Source: Clostridiales bacterium
Lineage (GTDB): Bacteria; Bacillota; Clostridia; Lachnospirales; Lachnospiraceae
Length of the DNA stretch: 58,979 nt
Reading direction: 5' to 3'
NCBI GenBank assembly: GCA_029012225.1
Contig: JAQXLR010000024.1
Coordinates: forward strand, 1 to 58,979
The position numbers were made by a program, and so were the translations under genes. This document shows, one piece after another, positions 20,442-29,238 of the stretch (position 1 is the stretch's first letter; each line of letters begins with the position of its first letter). The notes below the pieces were generated by a model. The model ran no database searches and was not told where the DNA came from. It was given only the letters and a program-made list of their open reading frames with translations.

Positions 20442-21968
20442 ATGGAGAAAATAATATCAAAGTCAGATATAAGTAAGATACAAACCTTAAAAGAGCAGGG
20501 AAAAAAGATTGTGCTTTGTCATGGTGTATTTGACTTGGTTCATCCCGGTCATCTGATTCATTTTCAGGAAGCAAAGGCCATGGGAGATGTTCTGGTGGTT
20601 TCGGTTACTGCTGCAAAATATGTACGCAAAGGCCCCGGCAGACCTTATTTTGATGATGAAATGAGACTGAAATTTTTATCCGCGATTGAATGCATTGACT
20701 TTGTTATCTTGTCAGAATGCGATACGGTGGATGACATTATTGCATTGATAGAACCAAACTTGTATGTAAAGGGAGAGGAATACAAGCGTCCGCAGGATGA
20801 TATCACGGGCAAGATTGGAGAGGAAATCGCTCTGGTACGAAGCCATGGGGGAGAGATTGCCTATACCGGGGGACAGGTGTTTAGCTCAACCCGCCTTATC
20901 AATCATGCCCTCCCGGCATTGCCGGAGGATGTCAAGGAATTTATGCTAAGCTTTAAGCAGAGATATTCGATGGAGGATATTAAGGCATTGGTGGAGGCGA
21001 TGCGGACAAAGAAGGTATTGGTAGTAGGGGATGCGATTATCGATGAGTACATCTATTGCAGGGTGCAGGGCTTGATGTCGAAAGATATGGGATACTCCAC
21101 AAGATACCAATCCATGGAGCGGTATTTGGGAGGCTCTATGGCAATCGCAAGGCATCTGGCATCCTTTAGCGAAAATGTCACGCTGATGAGTGTGGTAGGA
21201 ACCGAGGGAGAGGTTCATAGCAGAATACTGGATGAGCTAAGCGGCAATATGCGGGTAGACATGATATACAGCGATGTGTTTCCGACTATTATCAAGCAGC
21301 GGTATGTATCTTTGAATGAGAAACGCGAGGAATTAGAAAAAATATTTGCAATCAATAACCTTCCGACACCGATGTGTGTGGACGAAGGAACGCTGACAAA
21401 ATTGAAAAAGAAGCTGAAAGGTAAGATTTCGCAGTATGATGTGGTGATCTTGTGTGACTTTGGGCATGGCCTGATTGATCATGAGCTGATGGAGCTTCTT
21501 CAGACAGAGGCGTCATTTTTGGCACTTAATTGTCAGACCAATTCCTCAAATTACGGCAGAAACTTAATTACAAAGTACCGCAGAGCAGACGTGTTTACAC
21601 TCGATCAAAAGGAGCTGGGACTTGCTTTCACGGACTATCACCAAGAAGAATCGGAACTGCTCCTAAAGCTGGCAAAGCGGTTTGACAGCCATGGATGGTT
21701 AACGAGAGGAGCAGGGGGGGCAACCTCTGTAGAGAACGACGAATTGAGAACTTGCCCCGCCTTTACCCTAAAGGTAAAGGATACGATTGGCGCCGGGGAT
21801 GCATTTTTTTCATTGGCAAGCCTCGCAGTCGCATCAGGAGCACCCATGGAGGTAGGAATGTTTATGGGAAATATTGCGGGAGCATTGGCAGCAAACATTG
21901 TCGGTAACAAAGAAGCGATAGAGAAAGTCAATGTGCTCAAATATGCGAGTACTTTGTTAAATATATAA
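20442..21968 (+). CDS. Bifunctional cytidylyltransferase-like / PfkB sugar kinase (HldE-like, reversed domain order)
   Basis: N-terminal HGVFDLVHPGH...KGPGRP...YVKGEEY...SSTRLI; C-terminal VLVVGDAIIDEY, DFGHG, DTIGAGD. Confidence 0.88.
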   Translation: MEKIISKSDISKIQTLKEQGKKIVLCHGVFDLVHPGHLIHFQEAKAMGDVLVVSVTAAKYVRKGPGRPYFDDEMRLKFLSAIECIDFVILSECDTVDDIIALIEPNLYVKGEEYKRPQDDITGKIGEEIALVRSHGGEIAYTGGQVFSSTRLINHALPALPEDVKEFMLSFKQRYSMEDIKALVEAMRTKKVLVVGDAIIDEYIYCRVQGLMSKDMGYSTRYQSMERYLGGSMAIARHLASFSENVTLMSVVGTEGEVHSRILDELSGNMRVDMIYSDVFPTIIKQRYVSLNEKREELEKIFAINNLPTPMCVDEGTLTKLKKKLKGKISQYDVVILCDFGHGLIDHELMELLQTEASFLALNCQTNSSNYGRNLITKYRRADVFTLDQKELGLAFTDYHQEESELLLKLAKRFDSHGWLTRGAGGATSVENDELRTCPAFTLKVKDTIGAGDAFFSLASLAVASGAPMEVGMFMGNIAGALAANIVGNKEAIEKVNVLKYASTLLNI

Positions 21969-21980
21969 GGAGGATGGTGT

Positions 21981-22970
21981 ATGGTCTCGTTAGTAACAGG
22001 AGGATGCGGTTTTATTGGTTCCCATATTGTGGATCGTCTATTGTCAGAAGGACATGATGTGCGCGTCATTGACAATTTTTCAACAGGACGACCGGCGAAT
22101 TTGGAACACCAGAAGGAGAATCCCAATTTACATATTTTTCAGATGGATATTCGAAACAGGGACGAGATAGCAGACGTGTTCCAAAATGTTGATTATGTAT
22201 TTCATATGGCGGCACTTGCGGATATCGTACCATCCATTGAGCAGCCGTGGGAGTATTATTCTTCCAATGTGCTTGGGACATATAACGTAGTGGAATGCGC
22301 CAAAGAGGCGGGAGTTAAGAAGCTGGTATATGCGGCGTCATCTTCCTGCTATGGCATTCCGGATGAATTTCCGACAAAGGAGACTGCTGACATTCGTCCG
22401 CAATATCCGTATGCCTTGACAAAGAGGCTGGGAGAGGAGACCGTTTTACACTGGGGGCAGGTATATGGGCTTCCGGTCATTACGCTAAGATTGTTCAATG
22501 TGTACGGAACCCGCTCACGTACCTCGGGAACTTACGGCGCAGTATTTGGCGTCTTTTTGGCACAGAAGCTGGCGGGAAAGCCATTTACCGTGGTTGGAAC
22601 AGGGGAGCAGACAAGAGATTTTACCTATGTGACCGATGTTGCAGATGCTTTCTATACAGCGGCGATCTCTAAGATTCGCAACGAAACCTTTAATGTCGGA
22701 AGTGGAGGAACTTACTCGGTCAATCGTTTGTGTGAATTGCTGGGTGGAGATATTGTACACATTCCAAAGCGTCCGGGAGAGCCGGATTGTACCTTTGCGG
22801 ACACAAGCAAAATTGAGGCTGCATTGGGGTGGCGCGCACATATATCGCTGGAAGAAGGTGTTGCCAAAATTCTGGAGAACATTGATTATTGGAGAGAGGC
22901 ACCGGTATGGACGCCGGACAGCATTGGAAAAGCCACAAAAGCATGGTTTGAATATCTTGGAGAGAAATAG
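21981..22970 (+). CDS. NAD-dependent nucleotide-sugar epimerase/dehydratase (extended SDR)
   Basis: TGGCGFIG, AASSSCYG, YALTK (YxxxK), RLFNVYG, TRDFTYV. Confidence 0.93.
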   Translation: MVSLVTGGCGFIGSHIVDRLLSEGHDVRVIDNFSTGRPANLEHQKENPNLHIFQMDIRNRDEIADVFQNVDYVFHMAALADIVPSIEQPWEYYSSNVLGTYNVVECAKEAGVKKLVYAASSSCYGIPDEFPTKETADIRPQYPYALTKRLGEETVLHWGQVYGLPVITLRLFNVYGTRSRTSGTYGAVFGVFLAQKLAGKPFTVVGTGEQTRDFTYVTDVADAFYTAAISKIRNETFNVGSGGTYSVNRLCELLGGDIVHIPKRPGEPDCTFADTSKIEAALGWRAHISLEEGVAKILENIDYWREAPVWTPDSIGKATKAWFEYLGEK

Positions 22971-22988
22971 GATTCAAGGAGGAGCCGA

Positions 22989-23570
22989 ATGCACACAGAT
23001 TATTTAAAAAAACTAAGGTGCTGCTTGGAAGCCACAAAAGCGTATGATGCAGAAGGAAATGCTTGCAAGGACTATGAGGAGTTGATGGAGAAGCTATTCG
23101 CATTTTTCACAGAAAAAAAGGAGCAGAAGAAAAAGCTGTTTTTTATTGGAAATGGTGGAAGTGCAGGTATTGCAAGTCATATGACGGTAGACTTTATGAA
23201 AAACGGAGGAATGCGAACCTGCAGCTTGTATGATGCATCTGTCCTTACCTGTATGGGCAATGATTATGGCTACGAGTATATTTTTTCTAAGCCTTTAGAA
23301 TATCTTGGAGAGGAAGGGGATTTGCTTGTCGCGATCAGCAGCTCGGGGAATTCGCAGAATATTGTAAACGCGATTTACGCAGCGCAAAAAAAGAAGATGA
23401 GAATCGTGACGTTCTCAGGCTTTGAGCGAAACAATAAGATTATCGGTATGGGAGAACTCAATGTGCATGTACCAATCTGCCACTATGGCATTGTAGAATC
23501 CATTCATAATCTGATTTTGCAGCAGCTGGTGGACACGCTTCTTGAACGAGCTGGGGGTGCCTGTGATTGA
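22989..23570 (+). CDS. gmhA: SIS-domain phosphosugar isomerase (GmhA-like)
   Basis: GNGGSAGIASH, GNDYGY, ISSSGNSQN, ESIH motifs. Confidence 0.8.
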   Translation: MHTDYLKKLRCCLEATKAYDAEGNACKDYEELMEKLFAFFTEKKEQKKKLFFIGNGGSAGIASHMTVDFMKNGGMRTCSLYDASVLTCMGNDYGYEYIFSKPLEYLGEEGDLLVAISSSGNSQNIVNAIYAAQKKKMRIVTFSGFERNNKIIGMGELNVHVPICHYGIVESIHNLILQQLVDTLLERAGGACD

Positions 23571-24099
23571 TGCGCAAGGAAAAAAAGCAGTCTTTTTGGA
23601 TCGAGATGGAGTGCTCTGTGAGGATACAGATTATGTGACATGCTTTGAGAAACTGAAAATTTTTCCGTTTGCCGCAGAAGCAGTGGAATTGATGCATCAA
23701 AAAGGATATTTGGCGATTGTGGTTACCAATCAGTCCGGTGTTGGAAGGGGAATGATGACGGAGGCAACCCTACAGTTGCTGAATGAGGCTCTGCAAAAAC
23801 AGACAGGAGTGGATCGGATTTACTATTGTCCGCATCTTCCGCCGGAGGCAGAGGAGTTTCCGCCCTATCGAGTGATATGTAATTGCAGAAAGCCGGGAAT
23901 CGGGATGCTGAAGCAAGCGGCAGAGGAGTATGGAATTGATCTGACACAGTCCTATATGGTGGGGGACAGAATCAGTGATATACAGGCCGGAAAGCGGGCA
24001 GGAGTAAAAACGGTCTATCTTTCGGGAGAAAAGAAAATGCAAGTGGATGCAGATGAGGGATATGCCTCGGTGTTAGAGTTTGCGAAGATGCTTGTATAA
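23563..24099 (+). CDS. gmhB: HAD phosphatase, heptose-1,7-bisphosphate phosphatase (GmhB-like)
   Basis: FLDRDGV, VVTNQSG, YYCPH, CNCRKPG, MVGDR. GTG start at 23563 inferred from the GGGGG SD. Confidence 0.85.
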   Translation: MIDAQGKKAVFLDRDGVLCEDTDYVTCFEKLKIFPFAAEAVELMHQKGYLAIVVTNQSGVGRGMMTEATLQLLNEALQKQTGVDRIYYCPHLPPEAEEFPPYRVICNCRKPGIGMLKQAAEEYGIDLTQSYMVGDRISDIQAGKRAGVKTVYLSGEKKMQVDADEGYASVLEFAKMLV

Positions 24100-24114
24100 A
24101 AGGAGAGTTGACTT

Positions 24115-25554
24115 ATGATAAATAAGATTGTATTGGTAATTCCAAATTATAATTGGAGCCAAGGAGGAGAGCAAGGAAGATCTAGCAACATATTATGGCA
24201 TTTTATTCCATATAATTTATGTTTGTTGGCAGCAGTACTAGAGCAGGAGAACAGATATGAAATAAAGGTGATTGATGCGCTTGCCGAAAATCTAAGCACG
24301 GAGGAGTTTGAGCAGAGAATCCGAGACGAAAAACCGGATTTTGTCGGCATTAGTGTTCTGATGGATTTTTATGGATACACAGGGCATCTGGCAGCTGAGA
24401 TTATAAAAAAGATTGACCCCAATATTGTGACAGGTCTCGGAGGTGTGCATGCCACCGCCAATCCGGGGACGAATATTATGGATCAGAATTATGACTATGT
24501 GATGTGCGGAGAGGGAGAAGAAATGCTCCCACAATTGATTCATTACATCAATGGAGAAAAGGATGAGCTGCCGAAGGGTGTCTGGGTCTTAGATGAGGAA
24601 GGAAAGGTAAAAAGCGGAGGGCACTCCGACTTGATTACAAATTTGGATCAATATCCGCTTCCGGCATACCATCTCATCGACTATTCACAATATAGTATGC
24701 GAGCGGAGCGAAAAAGCTTGGATGGGCCTGCTGCATATCCGTATGCGAGGATTTTGACATCAAGAGGCTGCCCATTTAACTGCTGCTTTTGTCAGGTAGA
24801 AAAAATTGCAGGAAGAACATTTCGTCCGAGAAGTGCGGAGAACATCTTAAAGGAGATAGACTGGCTGGTCAATACATACGGGATCAAATCACTGATTTTT
24901 GACGATGATAATTTGCTTACGGATCGAAAAAGAGCAGTTGAGATTTTTAACGGTTTGAAAAAATATAAGCTTCCGTGGAAGATGATTGCAACAGCAGCCT
25001 TTTTGCTGGATGATGAGTTGATTGAACTGATGCGGGAAAGCGGTTGTGTATTTGTTGATATTGCAGTTGAATCAGGAACAGATCGTGTCTTGCATGAGAT
25101 CATTCATAAGCCGTTAAAGCTGGAGAAGGCGGTTGCGGTAACAAAAAAGCTAAGAGAGGAAAACATCTATGTTGCGGCAAACTTTATCATTGGATTCCCG
25201 GGCGAGACATGGGAGGAGATACGAGAGACGGTAAGGTTTGCAGAACGCTTGGATGCAGATTACATTAAGCTGTTTAATGCCGTTCCGTTGCCGGATACAA
25301 GATTGTATCAGATGGCAAAGGAACAGAATGCTCTGGTAGAAAACTTTGATCCTGGCAATGTAAACTGGAGAAACGGCATGATTGAGACAGACGAGTTTAC
25401 GACAAGAGACATGAGCATCTTAAGAGTGTATGAGTGGGACAGAATCAATTTTTCGACGCTTGAAAAGAGAAAGAGAACCGCAGATATGATGGGAATCTCC
25501 GTACAAGAGCTGGACGAGATTCGAAAAAACAGCAGGAGAACCTTAGAGTTGTAG
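24115..25554 (+). CDS. B12-binding domain radical SAM protein (class B methyltransferase-like)
   Basis: N-terminal cobalamin-binding fold (GGVHAT, GEGE), TSRGCPFNCCFC, DDDN, FIIGFPGET. Confidence 0.9.
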   Translation: MINKIVLVIPNYNWSQGGEQGRSSNILWHFIPYNLCLLAAVLEQENRYEIKVIDALAENLSTEEFEQRIRDEKPDFVGISVLMDFYGYTGHLAAEIIKKIDPNIVTGLGGVHATANPGTNIMDQNYDYVMCGEGEEMLPQLIHYINGEKDELPKGVWVLDEEGKVKSGGHSDLITNLDQYPLPAYHLIDYSQYSMRAERKSLDGPAAYPYARILTSRGCPFNCCFCQVEKIAGRTFRPRSAENILKEIDWLVNTYGIKSLIFDDDNLLTDRKRAVEIFNGLKKYKLPWKMIATAAFLLDDELIELMRESGCVFVDIAVESGTDRVLHEIIHKPLKLEKAVAVTKKLREENIYVAANFIIGFPGETWEEIRETVRFAERLDADYIKLFNAVPLPDTRLYQMAKEQNALVENFDPGNVNWRNGMIETDEFTTRDMSILRVYEWDRINFSTLEKRKRTADMMGISVQELDEIRKNSRRTLEL

Positions 25555-25594
25555 AAGGCAGTGAAAAAGGTTGAAAAAAATTTTAAAATAACCC

Positions 25595-25621
25595 TAAAGA
25601 AAAAAGCGGTTTGTCCGATAT
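25595..25621 (+). promoter_or_regulatory. sigma28 promoter of flagellin
   Basis: TAAA-N15-TCCGATAT preceded by an A-rich UP-like region. Confidence 0.85.
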
Positions 25622-25710
25622 ATTATACAGGTAAGCAATAAAGCTACTTAGTGATGCGATATGGAAGGGAGCGTACGGCCTGGAAATATCAAATCACATC
25701 AAAAATTTGA

Positions 25711-25743
25711 TGCAGCATGGAGGCTGCACTTAATTCAAGGAGG
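25711..25743 (+). promoter_or_regulatory. CsrA-binding sites in the flagellin 5' UTR
   Basis: Hairpin TGCAGC-ATGGAG-GCTGCA plus SD AAGGAGG about 20 nt downstream, an arrangement like the CsrA-controlled Bacillus hag leader. Confidence 0.7.
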
Positions 25744-25751
25744 AAAACATT

Positions 25752-26966
25752 ATGGCAATGGTAGTACAGCACAATCTTACCGCGATGAACGCGAACCGTC
25801 AGTTAGGCATCACAAAGAATCTTCAGGCAAAATCATCCGAGAAGTTATCTTCCGGTTACAGAATCAACCGTGCAGGCGATGACGCTGCAGGCCTTAAGAT
25901 TTCTGAGAAGATGAGAAGCCAGATTCGTGGTTTGAACAGAGCTTCTACAAACGCACAGGATGGCGTATCTCTTATTCAGACAGCAGAAGGTGCTTTGGAT
26001 GAGGCGCACAAGATCTTACAGCGTATGAACGAGCTTGCAGTACAGGGTGCAAACGACACAAACGAGAGCATCGACCGTGATGCAATCAACCAGGAGCTTG
26101 ATGCATTGACAGAAGAGCTTGACAGAATCTCCAGCACAACGCAGTTCAACAAGCAGAGCCTGTTGGATGGAACTTTCTCCAGCAAGAACCTTCAGGTAGG
26201 CGCAAACTCGGGTCAGAAGATTACCATCAGCATTGACAACATGAACGCAGATACACTTGGCTTAAGAAGCATCAAGGGTCAGGAGCAGGGTGATACACAG
26301 ACTGGTTTAAAGCCAACCACTGTTGAATACAACGGAATGACCTACAACTATGACGTAAATAAGACCTATGCTTCGAACCAGAAATTAGCAAATAGCCAGT
26401 TTAAGGCAGCCGTTTCCAACAATGCAAATGACAAGCAGTATGTGACATCTATGACGGCTACTGGAAGCGTAGTTTACAAGGATTCTGATGGTACTGCAAG
26501 AGCAACATTAGCATCTGCAAAGAAGATTGATATTTCTAAGGCAAAGACGGCAGTTTCTGCTGCGATGAATAATGCAGCTACCTTCAAGACATACTTGAAT
26601 ACGCAGAAGGTAACAGCAGAGGGACCGACAGTTGCAAAGATGGGTGCATCCTACACCTTGACAAAGCCGCAGGTAGACACCTATGCACAGGCGAACTCTA
26701 CGATTTCCGCAGTACAGTCTGCAATCAACAGAGTATCCTCCCAGCGTTCTGCACTTGGTGCATTACAGAACAGACTGGAGCACACAATTGCCAACCTTGA
26801 CAACGTATCTGAGAATACACAGGCAGCAGAGTCTCGTATCCGTGATACAGACATGGCAGCTGCTATGGTTGAGTACAGCAAGAACAACATCCTCGCGCAG
26901 GCAGGACAGTCGATGCTGGCTCAGTCCAACCAGGCAACACAGGGTGTACTGTCTCTGTTACAGTAA
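25752..26966 (+). CDS. fliC: Flagellin
   Basis: EKLSSGYRINRAGDDAAGL, LQRMNELAVQ, RSALGALQNRLEH, AESRIRDTDMA, VLSLLQ. Confidence 0.98.
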   Translation: MAMVVQHNLTAMNANRQLGITKNLQAKSSEKLSSGYRINRAGDDAAGLKISEKMRSQIRGLNRASTNAQDGVSLIQTAEGALDEAHKILQRMNELAVQGANDTNESIDRDAINQELDALTEELDRISSTTQFNKQSLLDGTFSSKNLQVGANSGQKITISIDNMNADTLGLRSIKGQEQGDTQTGLKPTTVEYNGMTYNYDVNKTYASNQKLANSQFKAAVSNNANDKQYVTSMTATGSVVYKDSDGTARATLASAKKIDISKAKTAVSAAMNNAATFKTYLNTQKVTAEGPTVAKMGASYTLTKPQVDTYAQANSTISAVQSAINRVSSQRSALGALQNRLEHTIANLDNVSENTQAAESRIRDTDMAAAMVEYSKNNILAQAGQSMLAQSNQATQGVLSLLQ

Positions 26967-27006
26967 GGACAAACTTAGGCTATCAAAAAAGAGCAATAAG
27001 AATACG

Positions 27007-27038
27007 GAAAGGAGTTGGCAATGCCAGCTCCTTTCTTT
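27007..27038 (+). terminator. Intrinsic terminator after flagellin
   Basis: GAAAGGAGTTGGC-AAT-GCCAGCTCCTTTC followed by TTT. Confidence 0.75.
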
Positions 27039-27059
27039 ATCAAAGGAAATAAGAATCGT

Positions 27060-27392
27060 ATGGAAGAAAAGATACAAAAATTATATGAAAGCTTAAATCG
27101 AATATCAGTGGAATACCTACTCTGTTTAAATCGAAATAACGTGAAGGATACCGGAAAGCTCATGCCCGAAATCGAGGAATTTGCCAGATGGTTTTTGCAG
27201 GAAAATATCTTTGGTATAGAACAAGACTTATACGAGGGAATGAGCAATAATTTATTGCAGATTCTGAATGATATAGTAACGGCAATGGAGCAAAATGATC
27301 GGGTGCTTTTAAATGATGCCGTAACCTATGGACTTTTGGAATACCTAAAGCTCTTTGCAGTACAGGGGGAGGACTCCAATGACAATCTATGA
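27060..27392 (+). CDS. Small helical hypothetical protein upstream of maf
   Basis: ORF with AMEQNDRVLLNDAVTYGL, resembling small proteins or tails of Maf loci. Start at MEEKI because the upstream Mets lie within the terminator. Confidence 0.65.
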   Translation: MEEKIQKLYESLNRISVEYLLCLNRNNVKDTGKLMPEIEEFARWFLQENIFGIEQDLYEGMSNNLLQILNDIVTAMEQNDRVLLNDAVTYGLLEYLKLFAVQGEDSNDNL

Positions 27393-29235
27393 AAAGAATC
27401 TAAAAACGCTGGCAAAGCACTACGAGAAGATGGATGTGCTGATAGAGGATGCCAGAAAAAAGAACGAAGAAACCTTGGAAATTATGGAGGAGCTCTCCTA
27501 TGACGGAGAGCCGATTCTGAAAATAAAAAAAGATGACCGCATCTGCTATCTAAACGGAAAGCGGAATACGACAGAGCCGGCAAAGATGTGGGCAAAGCAT
27601 CTGGGTAAATTGATGCCGAATGCCCCTGTTTTTTTGATGGGTATGGGAAATCCGACGTATCTAAAGGAGCTAGTGGATAAGGCAGAGAATCCGGTTACGA
27701 TTATCGTCTACGAGCCGTCTTTTCAGATTTTTTTGCGGATTTTACAGATGGTGGATTTGGAAAGATGGATGGAGAAACATCTCATTGTTTTTTGGGTAAA
27801 AGGCATCGAGGGAATGGATTGGGAGAGGCTAAAGGGACTTTTGACCAGCCTTCTGCGCTATGAGGTGCTAAATCTTAGCAGACATCTCGTGCTCCCTAAT
27901 TATGATGTTCTCTTTCCGGAAGAGACCTTGGAGTTTGTGCAGGGCTGCAGAGATATTGTCAAGGACGAATTGGTACAGCGTAATACAAAGATGCGCTTTT
28001 CGTCTCTCGTGGCAAAAAATCTGCTCGCCAATGCCAGATATGTGGCAGATGGGTATAAGACGACGCAGCTTGTCAACATCGTTCCTGAGGGTGTTCCGGG
28101 AATTGTGGTTGCTGCAGGGCCTTCCTTGAATAAAAATATCAAGGATCTAAAGGCGGCAAAGGGGAAGGCCTTTATCATCGCAGTCGATACGGCGGTAAAG
28201 CCACTTCTAAGGGAGGGGATTGTGCCGGATATGTTTGCGATTGTAGACGCCAAAAAGCCTGTAGAGCTCGTGCAGATAGAAGGGGCAGAGCAGATTCCGC
28301 TACTTCCAAGCGTTGTTGCAGCAAGTGATGTCATGGATTTTCATACGGGGATGAAGTTTTTTGCCAACGAAGGCTATCAGGTCATTGACGAGATGCTTTT
28401 GCACCATAAGATGGAGTATGCCGATGTACCGACCGGAGGCTCGGTGGCGACGAGCGCCTTTGCACTCCTCTATAAGCTTGGAATTGAGACGATTATCCTA
28501 GTTGGGCAGGATTTGGCATTTACGAATAACCGCTCGCATGCAGACAGAACCTTTGCGGAGAAAATGGAGGAAATGGACACCAGCGGCTGTATAATGGTGG
28601 AGGGAAATAACGAAGAGAAGGTTCCAAGCCGAGAGGATCTGCAGGTATACATAGAGTGGTATGGCATGTTCATTGAGGGATGTCAGAAGGAGAATCCGAA
28701 CTTTCGTGTCATCAATGCGACAGAGGGTGGGGCAAAAATCAAAAATACAGAGATTACGACATTAAAGGATGCCATTGCACGGGAATGCAAGATAGAGGTT
28801 GACATTCCGGCATTTTTGTCAGGGCTAAAGCCGATGTTTGCAGAGGACAGGGATTGGGCGGTCAAGTATCTAAAGGGGATTCCCGATAAGTGTACGACGC
28901 TGATGAAGGATGCAGGCAATGCCAAAAAGCTGTATCAGAAGCTTGATAAACTATGTAGGCATAGAAATATTGATCAGAAGGAATATACCAATCTTCTAAA
29001 GAAGCTGGAAAAGCAGATTCAAAAGATCGAGACGCAAAGCATGTACGACTTAGCAGCTATAACAATGAGTGAGGCACAGTATATTCTAAAAAATGAGCGG
29101 TTTTTGGAGTATGGCTCCATACAAGAGGAGGGAAAGGAAATCGCAAGAAAGGGAATCCTGTATATGGAGAAGGTAATCGAATGTGCGTCACTGTTTCGGG
29201 AATATGCCGAGAGTGTGTATACAGACTTTGAATAG
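27379..29235 (+). CDS. maf: Motility-associated factor Maf (DUF115) flagellin nonulosonate glycosyltransferase
   Basis: IYEKNL start, VVAAGPSLNKNI, IIAVDTA, GGSVAT, ILVGQDLAF, INATEGGAKI; next to flagellin. Confidence 0.88.
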   Translation: MTIYEKNLKTLAKHYEKMDVLIEDARKKNEETLEIMEELSYDGEPILKIKKDDRICYLNGKRNTTEPAKMWAKHLGKLMPNAPVFLMGMGNPTYLKELVDKAENPVTIIVYEPSFQIFLRILQMVDLERWMEKHLIVFWVKGIEGMDWERLKGLLTSLLRYEVLNLSRHLVLPNYDVLFPEETLEFVQGCRDIVKDELVQRNTKMRFSSLVAKNLLANARYVADGYKTTQLVNIVPEGVPGIVVAAGPSLNKNIKDLKAAKGKAFIIAVDTAVKPLLREGIVPDMFAIVDAKKPVELVQIEGAEQIPLLPSVVAASDVMDFHTGMKFFANEGYQVIDEMLLHHKMEYADVPTGGSVATSAFALLYKLGIETIILVGQDLAFTNNRSHADRTFAEKMEEMDTSGCIMVEGNNEEKVPSREDLQVYIEWYGMFIEGCQKENPNFRVINATEGGAKIKNTEITTLKDAIARECKIEVDIPAFLSGLKPMFAEDRDWAVKYLKGIPDKCTTLMKDAGNAKKLYQKLDKLCRHRNIDQKEYTNLLKKLEKQIQKIETQSMYDLAAITMSEAQYILKNERFLEYGSIQEEGKEIARKGILYMEKVIECASLFREYAESVYTDFE

Positions 29236-29238
29236 GGA

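Noticed and set aside
21714-21720. G7 tract in the HldE-like gene as a phase-variation site
   Set aside because: Short, in frame, and explained by Gly codons (GAGGA). Typical contingency tracts are longer.
14432-25554. Radical SAM/SPASM cluster as a RiPP (ranthipeptide/sactipeptide) system
   Set aside because: No precursor peptide, RRE domain, peptidase or exporter is visible, and all neighbours are sugar-nucleotide enzymes.
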